From positions 26,768 through 90,767 of the IMG/VR virus record IMGVR_UViG_3300042319_002356: DNA of 64,000 bases; one strand, written 5' to 3'. Numbering within the stretch: the stretch's first letter is position 1; each line of letters begins with the position of its first letter. Below, one piece after another: positions 21,446-33,386 of this stretch. Position numbers and translations under genes: made by a program. This DNA comes from a virus. The notes under the pieces were generated by a model. It did no database searches, was not told the origin of the DNA, and worked only from the letters and a program-made list of their open reading frames with translations.

Positions 21446-21722
21446 ATAAAATAGACACAAGTATTTTATCTGAAATGACTTATGTTGATTTAGTGAGTCC
21501 TGAAATAATCCAAAAATTGAAGGAAAAGTATCCTATTTTTATTGCTAATACAAAATATCAAGATGGTCAAGTTTATTACTATGATATGGTTTTTCAAGTG
21601 AAAACATACTATTTATATTTTACACGAAATGAAAATGAGGTATACTCAAGTCTTAAAATATATTATCCTGAGTCAAAACTTGAAGAGCTCAAGATTTTCA
21701 TAAATTCTATATTTAAACAAAA

Positions 21723-22040
21723 ATGAAAAAAGTAATCAAAGAAGAAGTGGTTAGAAATTTAGAAAGTAATGGAACTTTCGTAGTTAAATTTGAAGCTGAT
21801 TGGTGCGGACCATGTAGAATGTTAACCGAAGTATTCAACGGAGTTGACAAAGAATTAAACGAACAATACCCATCTATTCAGACCTTTAGATTTGACATTG
21901 ATTCTGATGTGGAGTATGCTAAAAGTTTCAATATCAGAGGGGTACCAGTATTAATTGCATTCAAAGAAGGTAAAGAAGTTGGAAGAAAAGTAGGACTTAT
22001 TAGCGATAAACAAATCCTTGATTTTTATTCTACACTATGA
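21723..22040 (+). CDS. trxA: Thioredoxin
   Basis: WCGPC active site, cis-Pro GVP. Confidence 0.92.
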   Translation: MKKVIKEEVVRNLESNGTFVVKFEADWCGPCRMLTEVFNGVDKELNEQYPSIQTFRFDIDSDVEYAKSFNIRGVPVLIAFKEGKEVGRKVGLISDKQILDFYSTL

Positions 22041-22315
22041 AAGAGTTAGTTGTTTTTTCAATGAAGAGTTGTCCATTCTGTCAGATTATGAAGGACAAAT
22101 TAAATGAGGAAAACATTCCTTTCATAAACATGGACATTGAAGAACATGAAGAAGAGTATAAAATGTTTATGGAATTAGTTGAAGGTAATGAATTTGTCCC
22201 GGCATTAATGGTTATTGATGAGGATAATCCCGAACAAAGGATTACACCAATGGCTCCTGATAGGGATTATAAAACAATTGAAGAGGGTATTGAAAAAGTC
22301 AAAAATTTGCTGTAA
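22037..22315 (+). CDS. Glutaredoxin-like protein
   Basis: CPFC and FVP motifs. Confidence 0.85.
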   Translation: MKELVVFSMKSCPFCQIMKDKLNEENIPFINMDIEEHEEEYKMFMELVEGNEFVPALMVIDEDNPEQRITPMAPDRDYKTIEEGIEKVKNLL

Positions 22316-22324
22316 ATTAGCAAA

Positions 22325-22852
22325 ATGAAAGAATTGACATTTAAAAAGAAAGGGGTGGTTTACACCCCTTTGACATACTGGCAAGTTGATAAAAAAAATA
22401 CAATTGCTATCTATCAGGGAGGTAGAGGTGCTCGTCCCGATTTAGATTTTATTGTGAAACATAAGGAAGAAGGTAAACGGTTACGAACTCCGTCACATAC
22501 TCATTGGATTGTTGATTTGATTACCAAAGCTCAATACGATAAAGGTAGAGTAAAATTATATGTTGAAGATATGATTAAACTTTATGATGAATGCGAACCC
22601 TTCAAAACCGAAGAGGAAAGAAACTCATATAAGTTACAGTGTCCCACAAAAATGTGGTTTGACCATATTATGTTAGAGGATAGAGGATATTATCCATTAC
22701 AGGTTTTAACCACATTTATTGAGTTATTCTCCAAATGTGAAAAACAAACACCAGATGCGTTTATGTTCAGAAACCTATTGGTATTGGTTAAAGAATACTG
22801 TGAGGGTAAGAAAGATTTTTACCAAATTGTAGGATATTCTAAAAGGGTATAA
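22325..22852 (+). CDS. Hypothetical protein
   Basis: 175 aa ORF. Confidence 0.65.
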   Translation: MKELTFKKKGVVYTPLTYWQVDKKNTIAIYQGGRGARPDLDFIVKHKEEGKRLRTPSHTHWIVDLITKAQYDKGRVKLYVEDMIKLYDECEPFKTEEERNSYKLQCPTKMWFDHIMLEDRGYYPLQVLTTFIELFSKCEKQTPDAFMFRNLLVLVKEYCEGKKDFYQIVGYSKRV

Positions 22853-22863
22853 TATTTATTTGT

Positions 22864-23439
22864 ATGAAAAGAATTATTTTATCAGAATCTGAAAAACAAA
22901 ACATTTTATCTAATTATAATTTATTAATTGAGGGTATTTCTGAAGACCAGCAATCAATGATGAAATTTAAAAATGATTTTATGTCTAAGAGTTATGGCGA
23001 AATTGCTGATGGTTTAGAAAAAATGAAATCGGCACCTGGATTAACATCTGATGACATTTCACAAATTGACCAAGCGGTTCTTTATTTAAGAAAAAATAAT
23101 GCATTATCTGGAACTGCAAAACAAATGGTTAATAAAAAATTTGATGAATACATAAACGATAGACCTGAGGTTGCTAAGAATATGTTATGTTATTTAATTA
23201 ACAAAAATCCTGAATATTCTAATCCTGAAATGAAATCTTTTTGTGACGGAGGTTCAAAATCTAAAGAGATTACCAAGAATATTGAAGATACTATTAAAAA
23301 ATCTATAGATAATAATAAAATTGAAGAACCAAAAAAAGTAGAGATAAAAAAATCAAATAATTCAGGTTCATTTATGAATCCTTATTCTAGTGGTTCAAAT
23401 ACATCACCTGGCTCGTTTATGAACCCTTACGGAAGTTAA
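22864..23439 (+). CDS. Hypothetical protein with an N-terminal I/L-x-E leader
   Basis: Starts MKRIILSESEK; TATTTAT motif upstream. Confidence 0.65.
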   Translation: MKRIILSESEKQNILSNYNLLIEGISEDQQSMMKFKNDFMSKSYGEIADGLEKMKSAPGLTSDDISQIDQAVLYLRKNNALSGTAKQMVNKKFDEYINDRPEVAKNMLCYLINKNPEYSNPEMKSFCDGGSKSKEITKNIEDTIKKSIDNNKIEEPKKVEIKKSNNSGSFMNPYSSGSNTSPGSFMNPYGS

Positions 23440-24197
23440 AACATTACAATTTCCGATTTTACATCTCTAACCAACCAAGATTTTGGACCCAATGGGTCCA
23501 TTATTTCTTTTATGTAGCTGTTATATTCAAATCTTGAGAAATCAAAATCAAAGTAATCCTTAATCATTGATTTGAATATTTCGGATTTAACGTAACTATT
23601 CCCTGAAAATATGAAGTCAATTTCAAGACCTGTTAAATCATACTCAATACCAACCACATCTAAGTTTTTAATCCCACCAATGTTATACATAATGTACTCA
23701 CTATAACATAGTAAATTTCTACCCATAGAATAAGAATATCCGTATGGGAATGAAGAACTGATTGATAAAGTATTATCTATTGAATCTTTCTTTGATACAT
23801 ATAAATCAAAGTTTTGTTCACAGTATAAGAAGTCAGTATTGTTCCTGTAGTGGTTAATTTGTTCTTGTGAATATGAAGGTCTTTCAGAATAATATAACTT
23901 ATCAATATACAGATGGGACGGTTTATTTAATTCAACATCGTATTCAATTAGGTCAATGAAATTAATGTTTTTTGACCAATCTGATATATCCTTAAAGTTA
24001 TTAATTAGTGTTTGTCTAATTACATCTAAATCAAGAATATCTTTTGATTCAGTTTTACCATTGATAACATAAAAATTACCACAGTCAGTTACTTGAACTA
24101 CTGTATTATAATTTTTTGTTTTATTAAGTTCTGTGAGTATTAAATCGGAAATCAGATTAACGATACCGTATCTTGAATTCAAGTGGAATAATTTCAT
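23436..24197 (-). CDS. Hypothetical protein (weak resemblance to the MetK N-terminus)
   Basis: 253 aa ORF; MetK catalytic motifs absent. Confidence 0.6.
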   Translation of the reverse strand: MKLFHLNSRYGIVNLISDLILTELNKTKNYNTVVQVTDCGNFYVINGKTESKDILDLDVIRQTLINNFKDISDWSKNINFIDLIEYDVELNKPSHLYIDKLYYSERPSYSQEQINHYRNNTDFLYCEQNFDLYVSKKDSIDNTLSISSSFPYGYSYSMGRNLLCYSEYIMYNIGGIKNLDVVGIEYDLTGLEIDFIFSGNSYVKSEIFKSMIKDYFDFDFSRFEYNSYIKEIMDPLGPKSWLVRDVKSEIVMF

Positions 24198-24238
24198 ATT
24201 AAAAAATATGAAATATAAAATTATGGTTAAATAGTTAA

Positions 24239-25561
24239 TTAGAAATAGTCACCAATATTTTCATTAACACACTTTGACACTTTGCTAGAATCGGGCCAGT
24301 CATCCAAACGAGGAGTACTTACATGACTTCTATCACCATCATTAATCAATGCTTTAAGAATACCCATATAATTTCCCCACCAAGTAAATGTATTGTCGGA
24401 GTATGTTTTTTCTTTATTTACGGTTAAAAACTCAACAGCTACGTCACGAAGACAATTAGTAACTTTATATTTACGAACATCATAGGTTTTTGTAACCCTT
24501 TTACCTTCCTTATCCCAAGTTTCTCTTTGATAAGTTCCCCAAGTTGGAGTTTTATCGTCAATTGCATACCCAACAAGTTCATTCCATAAATCATTATACC
24601 ATTCATCAACTAAAGTATCCCTATAACAACCTTCGTAAATCATATACAAATCACTTTTAATATCGTCTACTTTGTTACTTATTATATACTCAATACTTTC
24701 TTCATCTTCTAATAAATCAGTTATTACTTCATCCGTTATTATTATCTCACTTTCAGTTCCTTGTTTTTCAGCAATTTCATCAAATAATGATGGAGTATGG
24801 TGAGTAACCTCAAATGTTTCATCTTTTATTTCTTCACGAATTCTATTATTTACTAATTCTTTTTTTTCAGGTGTTAATTCCTGATAGACATCCCTAAATT
24901 CATCATCGGTCACATTGCTCCAGTAGTTCATTTCATATTCTCCTGACAAAATTTCGGCAATTGCTCCCTGACTAATTTCTCCCCTATGGTAGTTAAATAA
25001 CTCTGATAAATCCTCAAAATCTGTAACATCTAAATAATAATCATTATCTATTTTTGTTACATCAGATAAGTAGTTATCAATAATTTTCCATATAAATGAA
25101 TTATCTTGTTCATAAAATGCGTAAAAAATTTCATTTTGATATTCATCAAGATTATTTGAAAATGGGTCAAAGTATTCTAATAAACCCATTTTAGACATTG
25201 TAGATATGAAGTTACCTAAATTTTTGAAGTGGAGTATAATTTTTGAAATTATTTTTTCATCACCATCATTAATACTCTCAATAGTTGAAATCCATTTTTC
25301 TTTTACTGTCATACTACTGTCTGACTCATTAATTTTTTTGACGGATTTGGGTATAGTTTTGTATTTGACACATGATTCATATAAAGGAACCAAATCTAAT
25401 TTTGGGTGGGAAATATAAAAGTCACCATCAGATTCCATTACTACTTTTGATTTAGTATTTAAAATATCTTTATACCAAGTGTTACACCAAAAATTATTAG
25501 ATTGTTCTCTTTGGTTTGTAATCTCATTAATAATAATATTATTTCCTACTTTATGTTTCAT
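24239..25561 (-). CDS. Acidic hypothetical protein
   Basis: 440 aa ORF; TATTTAT motif upstream on the minus strand. Confidence 0.75.
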   Translation of the reverse strand: MKHKVGNNIIINEITNQREQSNNFWCNTWYKDILNTKSKVVMESDGDFYISHPKLDLVPLYESCVKYKTIPKSVKKINESDSSMTVKEKWISTIESINDGDEKIISKIILHFKNLGNFISTMSKMGLLEYFDPFSNNLDEYQNEIFYAFYEQDNSFIWKIIDNYLSDVTKIDNDYYLDVTDFEDLSELFNYHRGEISQGAIAEILSGEYEMNYWSNVTDDEFRDVYQELTPEKKELVNNRIREEIKDETFEVTHHTPSLFDEIAEKQGTESEIIITDEVITDLLEDEESIEYIISNKVDDIKSDLYMIYEGCYRDTLVDEWYNDLWNELVGYAIDDKTPTWGTYQRETWDKEGKRVTKTYDVRKYKVTNCLRDVAVEFLTVNKEKTYSDNTFTWWGNYMGILKALINDGDRSHVSTPRLDDWPDSSKVSKCVNENIGDYF

Positions 25562-25623
25562 AAATATAAATACTAAAAAAGGGGAAAAACTCCCCCTTTA
25601 AAAAATCCTTACCCCAACTAAGA

Positions 25624-25776
25624 TTATTTTTTTGAAACAGTGTAATACTTGTTCAAAGTGCTTTTAATAGCTTCTTGAACTGCATTTGCAGAATTAGGGT
25701 TATTTTTTTCTTGAACAGGTGCCGCTTGTGGTGCTTCCGCCTGTGGTACTTGTTTGTTTTTGCAACCGCATCCCAT
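25624..25776 (-). CDS. Small MGCGCK-type protein
   Basis: 50-codon ORF read manually (MGCGCKNKQ...); TATTTAT motif upstream. Confidence 0.55.
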   Translation of the reverse strand: MGCGCKNKQVPQAEAPQAAPVQEKNNPNSANAVQEAIKSTLNKYYTVSKK

Positions 25777-25873
25777 AATAGTAATTTTTTTTAAGTTTAT
25801 ACGTATAAATATCTAAATTTTTTTCTTTTTTGTAAATAAATAATATCTTTGTTCTTTGAAGTATTTATTAAAT

Positions 25874-27169
25874 ATGAACAAGACAATTATCATAACAGAA
25901 CACCAAAGTCTGAGTTTAATTAACGAAGAAGACAATGTTGAATATATTGAATTGACTCCTGATGAGTATAAAAGATACTTAAAGATGGTATCTTACGATG
26001 GTAGATTATTGTATAACATACCTAAATTTAGAGGAAAAAAAATAATTATTAATAAACAATTAGATTTATCAGGACTACCTGTGAAAGATTTGGGTCCGAT
26101 TGTTATTAATGGAGGGTTAGATATATCAAGAACCAAAATTTCTTCCTTAGATAATGTTGATATTAGAAGTCGTGGGTGGATTGCAGATTGGGACACTCCA
26201 ATGAGAAAGATGAGAGAAAGACGAGAATTTTTGGCAAAAGTTGCTGAACAACAATCAAAGAGAGAAGATGGTGAATGGGATGAAAATTCTGAATTGGATA
26301 TGGTTGGGTTATGTGCAAATGCTTTATTTAAGTATTTGGTGCGGTATGAACAATTTGAACCTAAAGAACCTGGTGATGATGAAAAATTAGAACAATATAG
26401 AAATAGAATTGAGGAGATTGAAAGTATTGAGGGATATGATGAAAATGATGAATTGGTTTCTGAAGTTGAAACTTTAACGGAAGAAATTGAAGAGATTGAA
26501 AAAAGAATTGATGTTTATAATCTAAATTATATTGGTAAACATTATAAATTATTAGAATTTTCTGTATTACACCAAGATAATGAGAGTCATGAGAGATATG
26601 CGGTTGGAGATTATGATGACACTAATGCGACCGCATTATCCAGAGCTGAAGATTACATTGATGAGGTTGGAATTGAGAATATGGACAAAAATTTTGTCGG
26701 TGATTATATTGATGAGGAAGAGTTTAGAGATTACTTCAGAGAGGGTGAAGAGGAGTATGTTAGAGACAATATAGAATATATTTTTGATGAAGATGATTTT
26801 GAATATAGTGAAGAAGTGCAAGAGAGAATAGATGTAATTGAAGCGAGATTAGAAGATTCTGAAATAGATTCAGATGAAGAAGATGAATTAAGAGAAGAAC
26901 TTGATGAATTAAAAGATAGTGAAAAGACAGTTTCTGAAGATTTAATTGAAAGTAAAGTTGAAGAAATGTTAAATGATAAGGCTGATGATATGATGGCGAC
27001 ATTGATAGATTACGGGATTGAATTTGACCAATTTGTGAATAAAGCTGATTTGGCACAAGGTATGGTTGATGCTGACGGATTCGGTCATACAATATCATCT
27101 TACGATGGAAATGAACATGAGGTTGAATTCCAAGGAGAAACTTACTATATTTTCCAAACAGAAGGATAA
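25874..27169 (+). CDS. Highly acidic hypothetical protein with a short LRR-like segment
   Basis: Starts MNKTIIITE; LDLSGLPVKDL and LDISRTKISSL. Confidence 0.7.
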   Translation: MNKTIIITEHQSLSLINEEDNVEYIELTPDEYKRYLKMVSYDGRLLYNIPKFRGKKIIINKQLDLSGLPVKDLGPIVINGGLDISRTKISSLDNVDIRSRGWIADWDTPMRKMRERREFLAKVAEQQSKREDGEWDENSELDMVGLCANALFKYLVRYEQFEPKEPGDDEKLEQYRNRIEEIESIEGYDENDELVSEVETLTEEIEEIEKRIDVYNLNYIGKHYKLLEFSVLHQDNESHERYAVGDYDDTNATALSRAEDYIDEVGIENMDKNFVGDYIDEEEFRDYFREGEEEYVRDNIEYIFDEDDFEYSEEVQERIDVIEARLEDSEIDSDEEDELREELDELKDSEKTVSEDLIESKVEEMLNDKADDMMATLIDYGIEFDQFVNKADLAQGMVDADGFGHTISSYDGNEHEVEFQGETYYIFQTEG

Positions 27170-27170
27170 T

Positions 27171-27920
27171 ATGGAGAATATAAATTTTATACTACCGACA
27201 GATTGGATGTTTAACCAACCGATAGATGCTGAACACAAAAAGTATCTATTGATGTCGTATTTTCAAAAAATTGACGATTTAATTATTGAAAACAAACTAT
27301 ATCCTCATTTTATTGAGTTGTCATTACACATGGCGAATCTTCATACCTTAATCAAAGAGAGTACCATATTATATACAAACAAGATATTTAAATGTCCTGA
27401 TGATGAATTATTGTTAAAAGAGTTAATGGCGAAACCAGTGCCAAGTCTAACTGATGAAGAAACTGAAGAGATGAAAGAAATTTTGAAATTCTCATCTGTT
27501 AAATTTTTTGAGTATTTTCAAATTGTTAAATCATACTGGTCAATGTTTTATGAAACAATATCAATATCAATCAAAAAGAATAAAAACAATTCAAACAGTA
27601 CCAACGGGTATTTTTATTTTCTTAATAAGAATAACCAAATATATGTTTGGGAATATGAAATTGATACAACAAACCCTGAACATATTACCAATACTAAATT
27701 AATATATGAGGGTAAGAAGGGTGACCTAACTTTACCTAAAGTAGTTGAAAATTTTTCAGGTAGAAAATTTAGTGAGGCGAAAAAATTACCTGTATTTGAA
27801 ATGTCCTGTGGAGAAGATTATCCGGTTGAGGAAACATTACTTCCATTGTTTAAAAGAAAACTTCTTTCATATATTTTCCAAAAATATTCTATAGATAACT
27901 TGAAAAAAATTGAGATTTAA
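27171..27920 (+). CDS. Hypothetical protein
   Basis: ORF of about 249 aa from MENINF. Confidence 0.7.
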   Translation: MENINFILPTDWMFNQPIDAEHKKYLLMSYFQKIDDLIIENKLYPHFIELSLHMANLHTLIKESTILYTNKIFKCPDDELLLKELMAKPVPSLTDEETEEMKEILKFSSVKFFEYFQIVKSYWSMFYETISISIKKNKNNSNSTNGYFYFLNKNNQIYVWEYEIDTTNPEHITNTKLIYEGKKGDLTLPKVVENFSGRKFSEAKKLPVFEMSCGEDYPVEETLLPLFKRKLLSYIFQKYSIDNLKKIEI

Positions 27921-28140
27921 TTTTTTTCATATTATATTTGTGTATGGGATTTAACAAACGATTTCTTTCTGAACAAAAAATTAAAGATTTTGCGAAAACA
28001 CATAATTTCACTGAGTTTGAAAAGATGATGTCCAATTCTGATTTTTATACGTATTTAGATGATTATTCCGCTCAGGTTGGGACGGAATTTTTTATTTCAG
28101 ACAAAGAAACAAGAACTAACATATATAACAACTTATTAGT

Positions 28141-29346
28141 ATGATTTTTAAATTAGAGTATGTTTGGTTAGATGGGTACACACCGGAACCAAATCTTAGA
28201 AGTAAAGTTAAAGTAGTTAACCTTGACGAAGGTGAAAACTATAATTTCCCAATGTGGGGGTTTGACGGAAGTTCAACAAAACAGGCGGAAGGTTATCTAT
28301 CCGATTGTTTTTTAAGACCTGTTAGATATTACCAACACTCAATTATTAAGGAGACTATCCCAACAATTTATGTATTTTGTGATGTCTTAGATAAAGATGG
28401 TAATCCGCACCCATCAAACGACAGAGATAAGTTACAGAATACTGGTACTGATTTATGGGTAGGGTTTGAACAAGAATATTTTATTCGTTCAAAACACAAA
28501 GGGTCAATCATTGGAATGGAAAGAGGTGAAATTGAAGTCCAAGGTAGATATTATTGTGGCGTTGGAGGACAAATTCACGGAAGAGATATATCTGAGAAAC
28601 ATTTAGAATATTGTTTATCATTGGGAATCAATGTTGAGGGTACCAATGCGGAAGTTGCAATTGGACAATGGGAATATCAAATCTTTGCGAAAAATACCCT
28701 ACAAGCTTCTGATGACTTATGGATTAGTAGATATATTCTTCATAAAATTGCTGAAAAAGAAGGAATGTCAATTGAGTTACACCCAAAACCATTAATATTC
28801 GGTGAGTGGAACGGTTCAGGATTACATACTAACTTTTCAAACAAAAGAATGAGAGAGATTGGAGGGGAACAATACTTTAACTGTATTTTCAACTCATTTG
28901 AATCATCAACTAAGAAACACATTGAAAATTATGGCTCAGATAATCATTTAAGATTAACTGGTAAATACGAGACTCAAAGTATTGATAAGTTTAGTTGGGG
29001 TATAAGTGATAGAGGAGCGTCAATAAGAATTCCAAAATCAACCGCAGAAGAATGGAAAGGATATTTGGAGGATAGAAGGCCATCATCAAATGCGAATCCA
29101 TATAAAGTATTACAAGTTATTATGGAAAGTTTGAAGGCTGCGGAAGCTATTGATAAAATAAAAACAAAAATGTCAATTAATGTTGATGTTTATGCAACGG
29201 CTGAAAAGTTTAAAATGTTGACACCTGACGAATTATTAAATGAATATAAATCTGAAGAAGATGGTTATGATAAAATGAAGTGGACGAAAGGTGATGGGAA
29301 TAATATGGAAACTGAAGAAATTAAATTTGATATAAATTCAAAATGA
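28141..29346 (+). CDS. glnII: Glutamine synthetase type II
   Basis: EYVWLDG, FDGSST, GQWEYQ, WNGSGLHTNFS, RLTGKYET and EDRRPSSN motifs. Confidence 0.93.
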   Translation: MIFKLEYVWLDGYTPEPNLRSKVKVVNLDEGENYNFPMWGFDGSSTKQAEGYLSDCFLRPVRYYQHSIIKETIPTIYVFCDVLDKDGNPHPSNDRDKLQNTGTDLWVGFEQEYFIRSKHKGSIIGMERGEIEVQGRYYCGVGGQIHGRDISEKHLEYCLSLGINVEGTNAEVAIGQWEYQIFAKNTLQASDDLWISRYILHKIAEKEGMSIELHPKPLIFGEWNGSGLHTNFSNKRMREIGGEQYFNCIFNSFESSTKKHIENYGSDNHLRLTGKYETQSIDKFSWGISDRGASIRIPKSTAEEWKGYLEDRRPSSNANPYKVLQVIMESLKAAEAIDKIKTKMSINVDVYATAEKFKMLTPDELLNEYKSEEDGYDKMKWTKGDGNNMETEEIKFDINSK

Positions 29347-29600
29347 TGGAAAAAGAATTATTAGAACATTTGCGAAATAAAATAGAAATGGTTAATCACC
29401 CATCTCACTATGGTGGGGAGGACAATCTTTATGAAGCAATTAAAGTAATTGACGCTTGGGACTTAGGGTTTTGTTTGGGTAATACTGTAAAGTATATCTC
29501 AAGGGCTGGTAAGAAAGATAAAGAAAAAGAATTGGAAGATTTAAAGAAAGCTCTTTGGTATCTACAACATCACATAGAAACTTTAGAAAAAAATACATAA
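29343..29600 (+). CDS. DUF3310-family protein
   Basis: VNHPSHY, GNTVKYISRAGKK and EDLKKALWY motifs. Confidence 0.85.
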   Translation: MMEKELLEHLRNKIEMVNHPSHYGGEDNLYEAIKVIDAWDLGFCLGNTVKYISRAGKKDKEKELEDLKKALWYLQHHIETLEKNT

Positions 29601-29938
29601 TCGCATTTTACAAAACCAAACATTTTTATTATTTTTTAAATTATGAAAATGTTTGGATTCAATTTGGGTAAAAAAATCAAGATTTCTTTTAATTTTGAGT
29701 GGGTTTGGGATACCGAAATCTCTAATTACGGTGATAGATACTTAGGTCTATTTACGTCAAGAACAATAATCCATAATTGGGTAACTAAAAAAGACGCTTC
29801 AAAATTTTATGAGGTTCTTTATCGGTTTGGAATCAATTTAGTTTGGTTCAAATTATGGTTATCCATATCAAATTCAAAAGAATATCAGTATTCAATCAAA
29901 ACAAAAAAAACGAAAACAGAAATTTATTGGGATATATA

Positions 29939-30403
29939 ATGGAATTAATAACAACATACATTTGTAAAAAAGGAGATATCGGAATCCATGATAATATGTT
30001 TGGAGGTACAATATTGGGGTTAATTGACGACGCGGCTGCTTCATACGTCTCTCAAATTTGTGATACCCAAAGAGTTGTAACATTAAAAATTGATGAGTTA
30101 GTATTCAAGAAACCGGTAAAGGTTGGTAGTATCCTGAAAATTTATGGAGGGGTTGTTGAATTTGGTAATACATCAGTAACAATTTCAATTGATGTTAGAA
30201 AACACAACGTATATACAGGTTCTCAGGAAACTGTGACTCACACTAAAATGGTATTCGTCAGAATTGATGACGATGGGAAACCTAGACCATTCCATTCTCA
30301 TATTAAAACAAGATATTGGGACAGATTTGCCAAATTTGGCAAAGGTCTTTTAGACCAAAAAGAAAGAATGTCAGAAGAAACTGACAAAATGTCAGACAAT
30401 TAA
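29939..30403 (+). CDS. Hotdog-fold acyl-CoA thioesterase (YciA-like)
   Basis: NMFGG...IDDAA, FKKPVKVG, GNTSV and FVRIDDDGKP motifs. Confidence 0.85.
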   Translation: MELITTYICKKGDIGIHDNMFGGTILGLIDDAAASYVSQICDTQRVVTLKIDELVFKKPVKVGSILKIYGGVVEFGNTSVTISIDVRKHNVYTGSQETVTHTKMVFVRIDDDGKPRPFHSHIKTRYWDRFAKFGKGLLDQKERMSEETDKMSDN

Positions 30404-30458
30404 TTTTGGCATATTTTTGGCATTATCATCTGAAAATAAACTTAAAAAATATATTATT

Positions 30459-30848
30459 ATGCCTAATTCATTTAGACGAATTGATGAGATTTTAAGAAGG
30501 ATGTTTGAAAATCCTGATAATTTTGATTTTGAACAATTAGAAAAAATGTTCACAAAAAGAATGTTGAGTAAACCATATGGTGATAACATTAAATTAAATT
30601 TTGTTTATGTTAGTGATAGTACATTGGATGATGTAACAGAAAATGACTTGGAACAAGAACTAAAACAAGCTGTTGAATCTGAAAATTTTGAAAGAGCAAT
30701 TGAAATTAGAGACGAACTAAAAAAATTGGAATTGAATAAAGAGAAAATTCAGAATCTTGAAATTGAACTAAAAGAAGCAATTCAAAAACAAGATTTTGAA
30801 AAATGTATTATTATTCGTGACGAATTAAATAAATTAAAAACAAAATAA
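30459..30848 (+). CDS. Double UVR (UvrB/UvrC) motif protein, possible Clp adaptor
   Basis: Two copies of LKxAxxxExFExAxxIRD; directly upstream of dnaK. Confidence 0.8.
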   Translation: MPNSFRRIDEILRRMFENPDNFDFEQLEKMFTKRMLSKPYGDNIKLNFVYVSDSTLDDVTENDLEQELKQAVESENFERAIEIRDELKKLELNKEKIQNLEIELKEAIQKQDFEKCIIIRDELNKLKTK

Positions 30849-30855
30849 AAAATAT

Positions 30856-32724
30856 ATGGGAAAAATAATTGGTATTGATTTGGGAACAACGAATTCGTGT
30901 GTTGCCGTAATGGAAGGTTCAGAACCTGTCGTAATTACAAACAGTGAAGGTAAAAGAACGACTCCTTCAATCATTGGATTTGCCAGTGATGGTGATAGAA
31001 AGATTGGTGACCCTGCAAAACGTCAGGCGGTTACTAATCCTGAAAAAACAATTCACTCAATTAAAAGATTTATGGGAACTAGTTACACTGAAAGTAAAGG
31101 TGAAGTAAAACGTGTTCCTTATAAAGTTGTTAAGGGTACTGGTGATACTCCTCGTGTTCAGATTGATGACCGTAAGTTTTCACCACAAGAAATTTCAGCA
31201 ATGGTTCTTCAGAAGATGAAACAAACTGCTGAGGATTATTTGGGTACTGAAGTTACTGAAGCGGTCATCACAGTACCAGCATACTTCAACGACGCTCAAC
31301 GTCAGGCTACAAAAGAAGCTGGTGAGATTGCAGGTCTTACAGTTAAACGTATTATTAACGAACCAACTGCGGCCGCATTAGCTTACGGACTTGATAAGAA
31401 AGGTTCGGATATGAAAGTTGTTGTATTTGACTGTGGTGGTGGAACTCACGACGTATCAATCTTGGAACTTGGAGATGGTGTGTTTGAAGTATTAGCGACT
31501 GATGGTGACACACATTTGGGTGGTGATGACTTTGATAATGCAATCATTGACTGGTTGGTTAAAGAATTCCAAGATGAGAATGGATTGGATTTGTCAAAAG
31601 ACCCAATGGCGTTACAACGTCTTCGTGAAGGGGCTGAAAAGGCTAAGATTGAATTGTCCTCAACTTCTTCAACTGAAATCAACCTACCATACATTATGCC
31701 GGTTGATGGTGTTCCAAAACACTTGGTGAGAACTTTATCTAAAGCAAAATTTGAACAACTTGTTGATAAATTGGTCCAAAGAACAATTGAACCATGTAAG
31801 AAGGCTATGGAGAACGCAAACCTTACAGTTGGTGAAATTGATGAAATTATTTTGGTTGGAGGTTCAACTCGTATTCCGGCAATCCAAGAAGCGGTTAAGA
31901 AATTCTTTGGTAAGGAACCATCAAAGGGTGTTAATCCTGATGAAGTAGTTGCTCTTGGTGCGGCAATTCAAGGTGGAGTATTGGCCGGTGATGTGAAAGA
32001 TGTATTGTTGTTGGACGTAACTCCACTTTCATTAGGTATTGAAACAATGGGAGGAGTATTTACAAAGTTGATTGAAGCTAACACGACAATCCCAACCAAG
32101 AAATCACAGATATTCTCAACCGCAGTTGATAACCAACCATCAGTTGAAATCCACGTATTACAAGGTGAAAGAGCGATGGCTAAAGATAACAGAACCATTG
32201 GACGTTTCCACTTGGATGGATTACCACCGGCAATGAGAGGAGTTCCACAAATTGAAGTTGTTTTTGACATTGATGCTAACGGTATTATTAATGTGTCAGC
32301 AATTGACAAAGGAACTGACAAACAACAAAATATTCGTATTGAAGCGTCATCAGGACTTTCAAAAGAAGAAATTGAAAGAATGAAACAAGAAGCTGAAATG
32401 AATGCTGAGGCGGACAAGAAAGTTAAAGAAGATGCTGAAACAATTAATCAAGCTGACTCAATGATTTTCCAAATTGAAAAATCTTTGAAGGATATTGAAG
32501 ATAAATTGACGGACGAACAAAAATCAGAAATTAATTCTTCATTACAAGAGTTGAAAGATGCTCATTCTACAAAGGATGTTGATAAGATTAAAACCTCAAT
32601 GGATAAAGTTAACACAACGTTCCAAAGTATCTCCTCTGACCTATACTCCCAAGGTTCAGGAGAAACAAATGAACAAACAGACCGAGAGGTTAATGATGTT
32701 GACTTTGAAGAAGTTAAAGGTTAA
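30856..32724 (+). CDS. dnaK: DnaK (Hsp70)
   Basis: [26 protein letters not shown] and NPDEVVA motifs. Confidence 0.98.
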   Translation: MGKIIGIDLGTTNSCVAVMEGSEPVVITNSEGKRTTPSIIGFASDGDRKIGDPAKRQAVTNPEKTIHSIKRFMGTSYTESKGEVKRVPYKVVKGTGDTPRVQIDDRKFSPQEISAMVLQKMKQTAEDYLGTEVTEAVITVPAYFNDAQRQATKEAGEIAGLTVKRIINEPTAAALAYGLDKKGSDMKVVVFDCGGGTHDVSILELGDGVFEVLATDGDTHLGGDDFDNAIIDWLVKEFQDENGLDLSKDPMALQRLREGAEKAKIELSSTSSTEINLPYIMPVDGVPKHLVRTLSKAKFEQLVDKLVQRTIEPCKKAMENANLTVGEIDEIILVGGSTRIPAIQEAVKKFFGKEPSKGVNPDEVVALGAAIQGGVLAGDVKDVLLLDVTPLSLGIETMGGVFTKLIEANTTIPTKKSQIFSTAVDNQPSVEIHVLQGERAMAKDNRTIGRFHLDGLPPAMRGVPQIEVVFDIDANGIINVSAIDKGTDKQQNIRIEASSGLSKEEIERMKQEAEMNAEADKKVKEDAETINQADSMIFQIEKSLKDIEDKLTDEQKSEINSSLQELKDAHSTKDVDKIKTSMDKVNTTFQSISSDLYSQGSGETNEQTDREVNDVDFEEVKG

Positions 32725-32728
32725 AAAA

Positions 32729-32759
32729 GAAACCCCTCCAAGTGAGGGGTTTCTTTTTT
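32729..32759 (+). terminator. Intrinsic terminator (core identical to the one at 49528)
   Basis: AAACCCCTC-caagt-GAGGGGTTT followed by T. Confidence 0.85.
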
Positions 32760-32776
32760 AATTAATATTTATTGGT

Positions 32777-33157
32777 ATGGAAAAAAAAATAAAAAAAATT
32801 AATGAAATTTTTAAAAATAAAACTCTTACAATTAAAAATACCGGGGTATCAATATTTGAAGATGCTAAATTTAAGTTTAGAGTGACTAAAATATCCCAAT
32901 TAATAAGTATGGGTGAATGGAAAGATTATATATTTGTTGATGTAGTAATTACTTCTCTTGATAGTAAAGAAAAAAATAAATCATTTGGTTCAATATTAAA
33001 TGGAGTTAGTTTCGTTGATAGAACTACTGTATATAATCATGCATATACAACTGCAAACGCTGCTGCTAACGCTATCCAAGTTTATTTAAAACATTTTAAT
33101 ATTGATAATGAGGTTGTGGTTGAAAAAATTAAATATAATTTTGAAGATGACGAATAA
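32777..33157 (+). CDS. Hypothetical protein
   Basis: 126 aa; TATTTAT motif upstream. Confidence 0.6.
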   Translation: MEKKIKKINEIFKNKTLTIKNTGVSIFEDAKFKFRVTKISQLISMGEWKDYIFVDVVITSLDSKEKNKSFGSILNGVSFVDRTTVYNHAYTTANAAANAIQVYLKHFNIDNEVVVEKIKYNFEDDE

Positions 33158-33386
33158 TTTCGTATCTTTGTTCCCGTTATGAGTAAAAAGGAACAATACC
33201 AACAAGTTTATGAAAACGATGAAGCGGTTACAATCTGGACTTATGATTTAACCAAATTCAAAAACGGGCCAATCTCAGTTGAGATTAAATACAAACACCC
33301 ACCCGAAAAGAAGCAAACAAACCGAGAGAAATTCTCAAAAAAGAAGTAAAAGTAATTTTTTTTGACCTACACATATATTTATATAT

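Noticed and set aside
23436-24197. S-adenosylmethionine synthetase (metK)
   Set aside because: Only a faint N-terminal resemblance; the GHPDK and GGGAFSGKD motifs are absent.
31355-32761. Short alternative-frame and antisense ORFs within dnaK and other long genes
   Set aside because: Shadow ORFs with no motifs or start signals.
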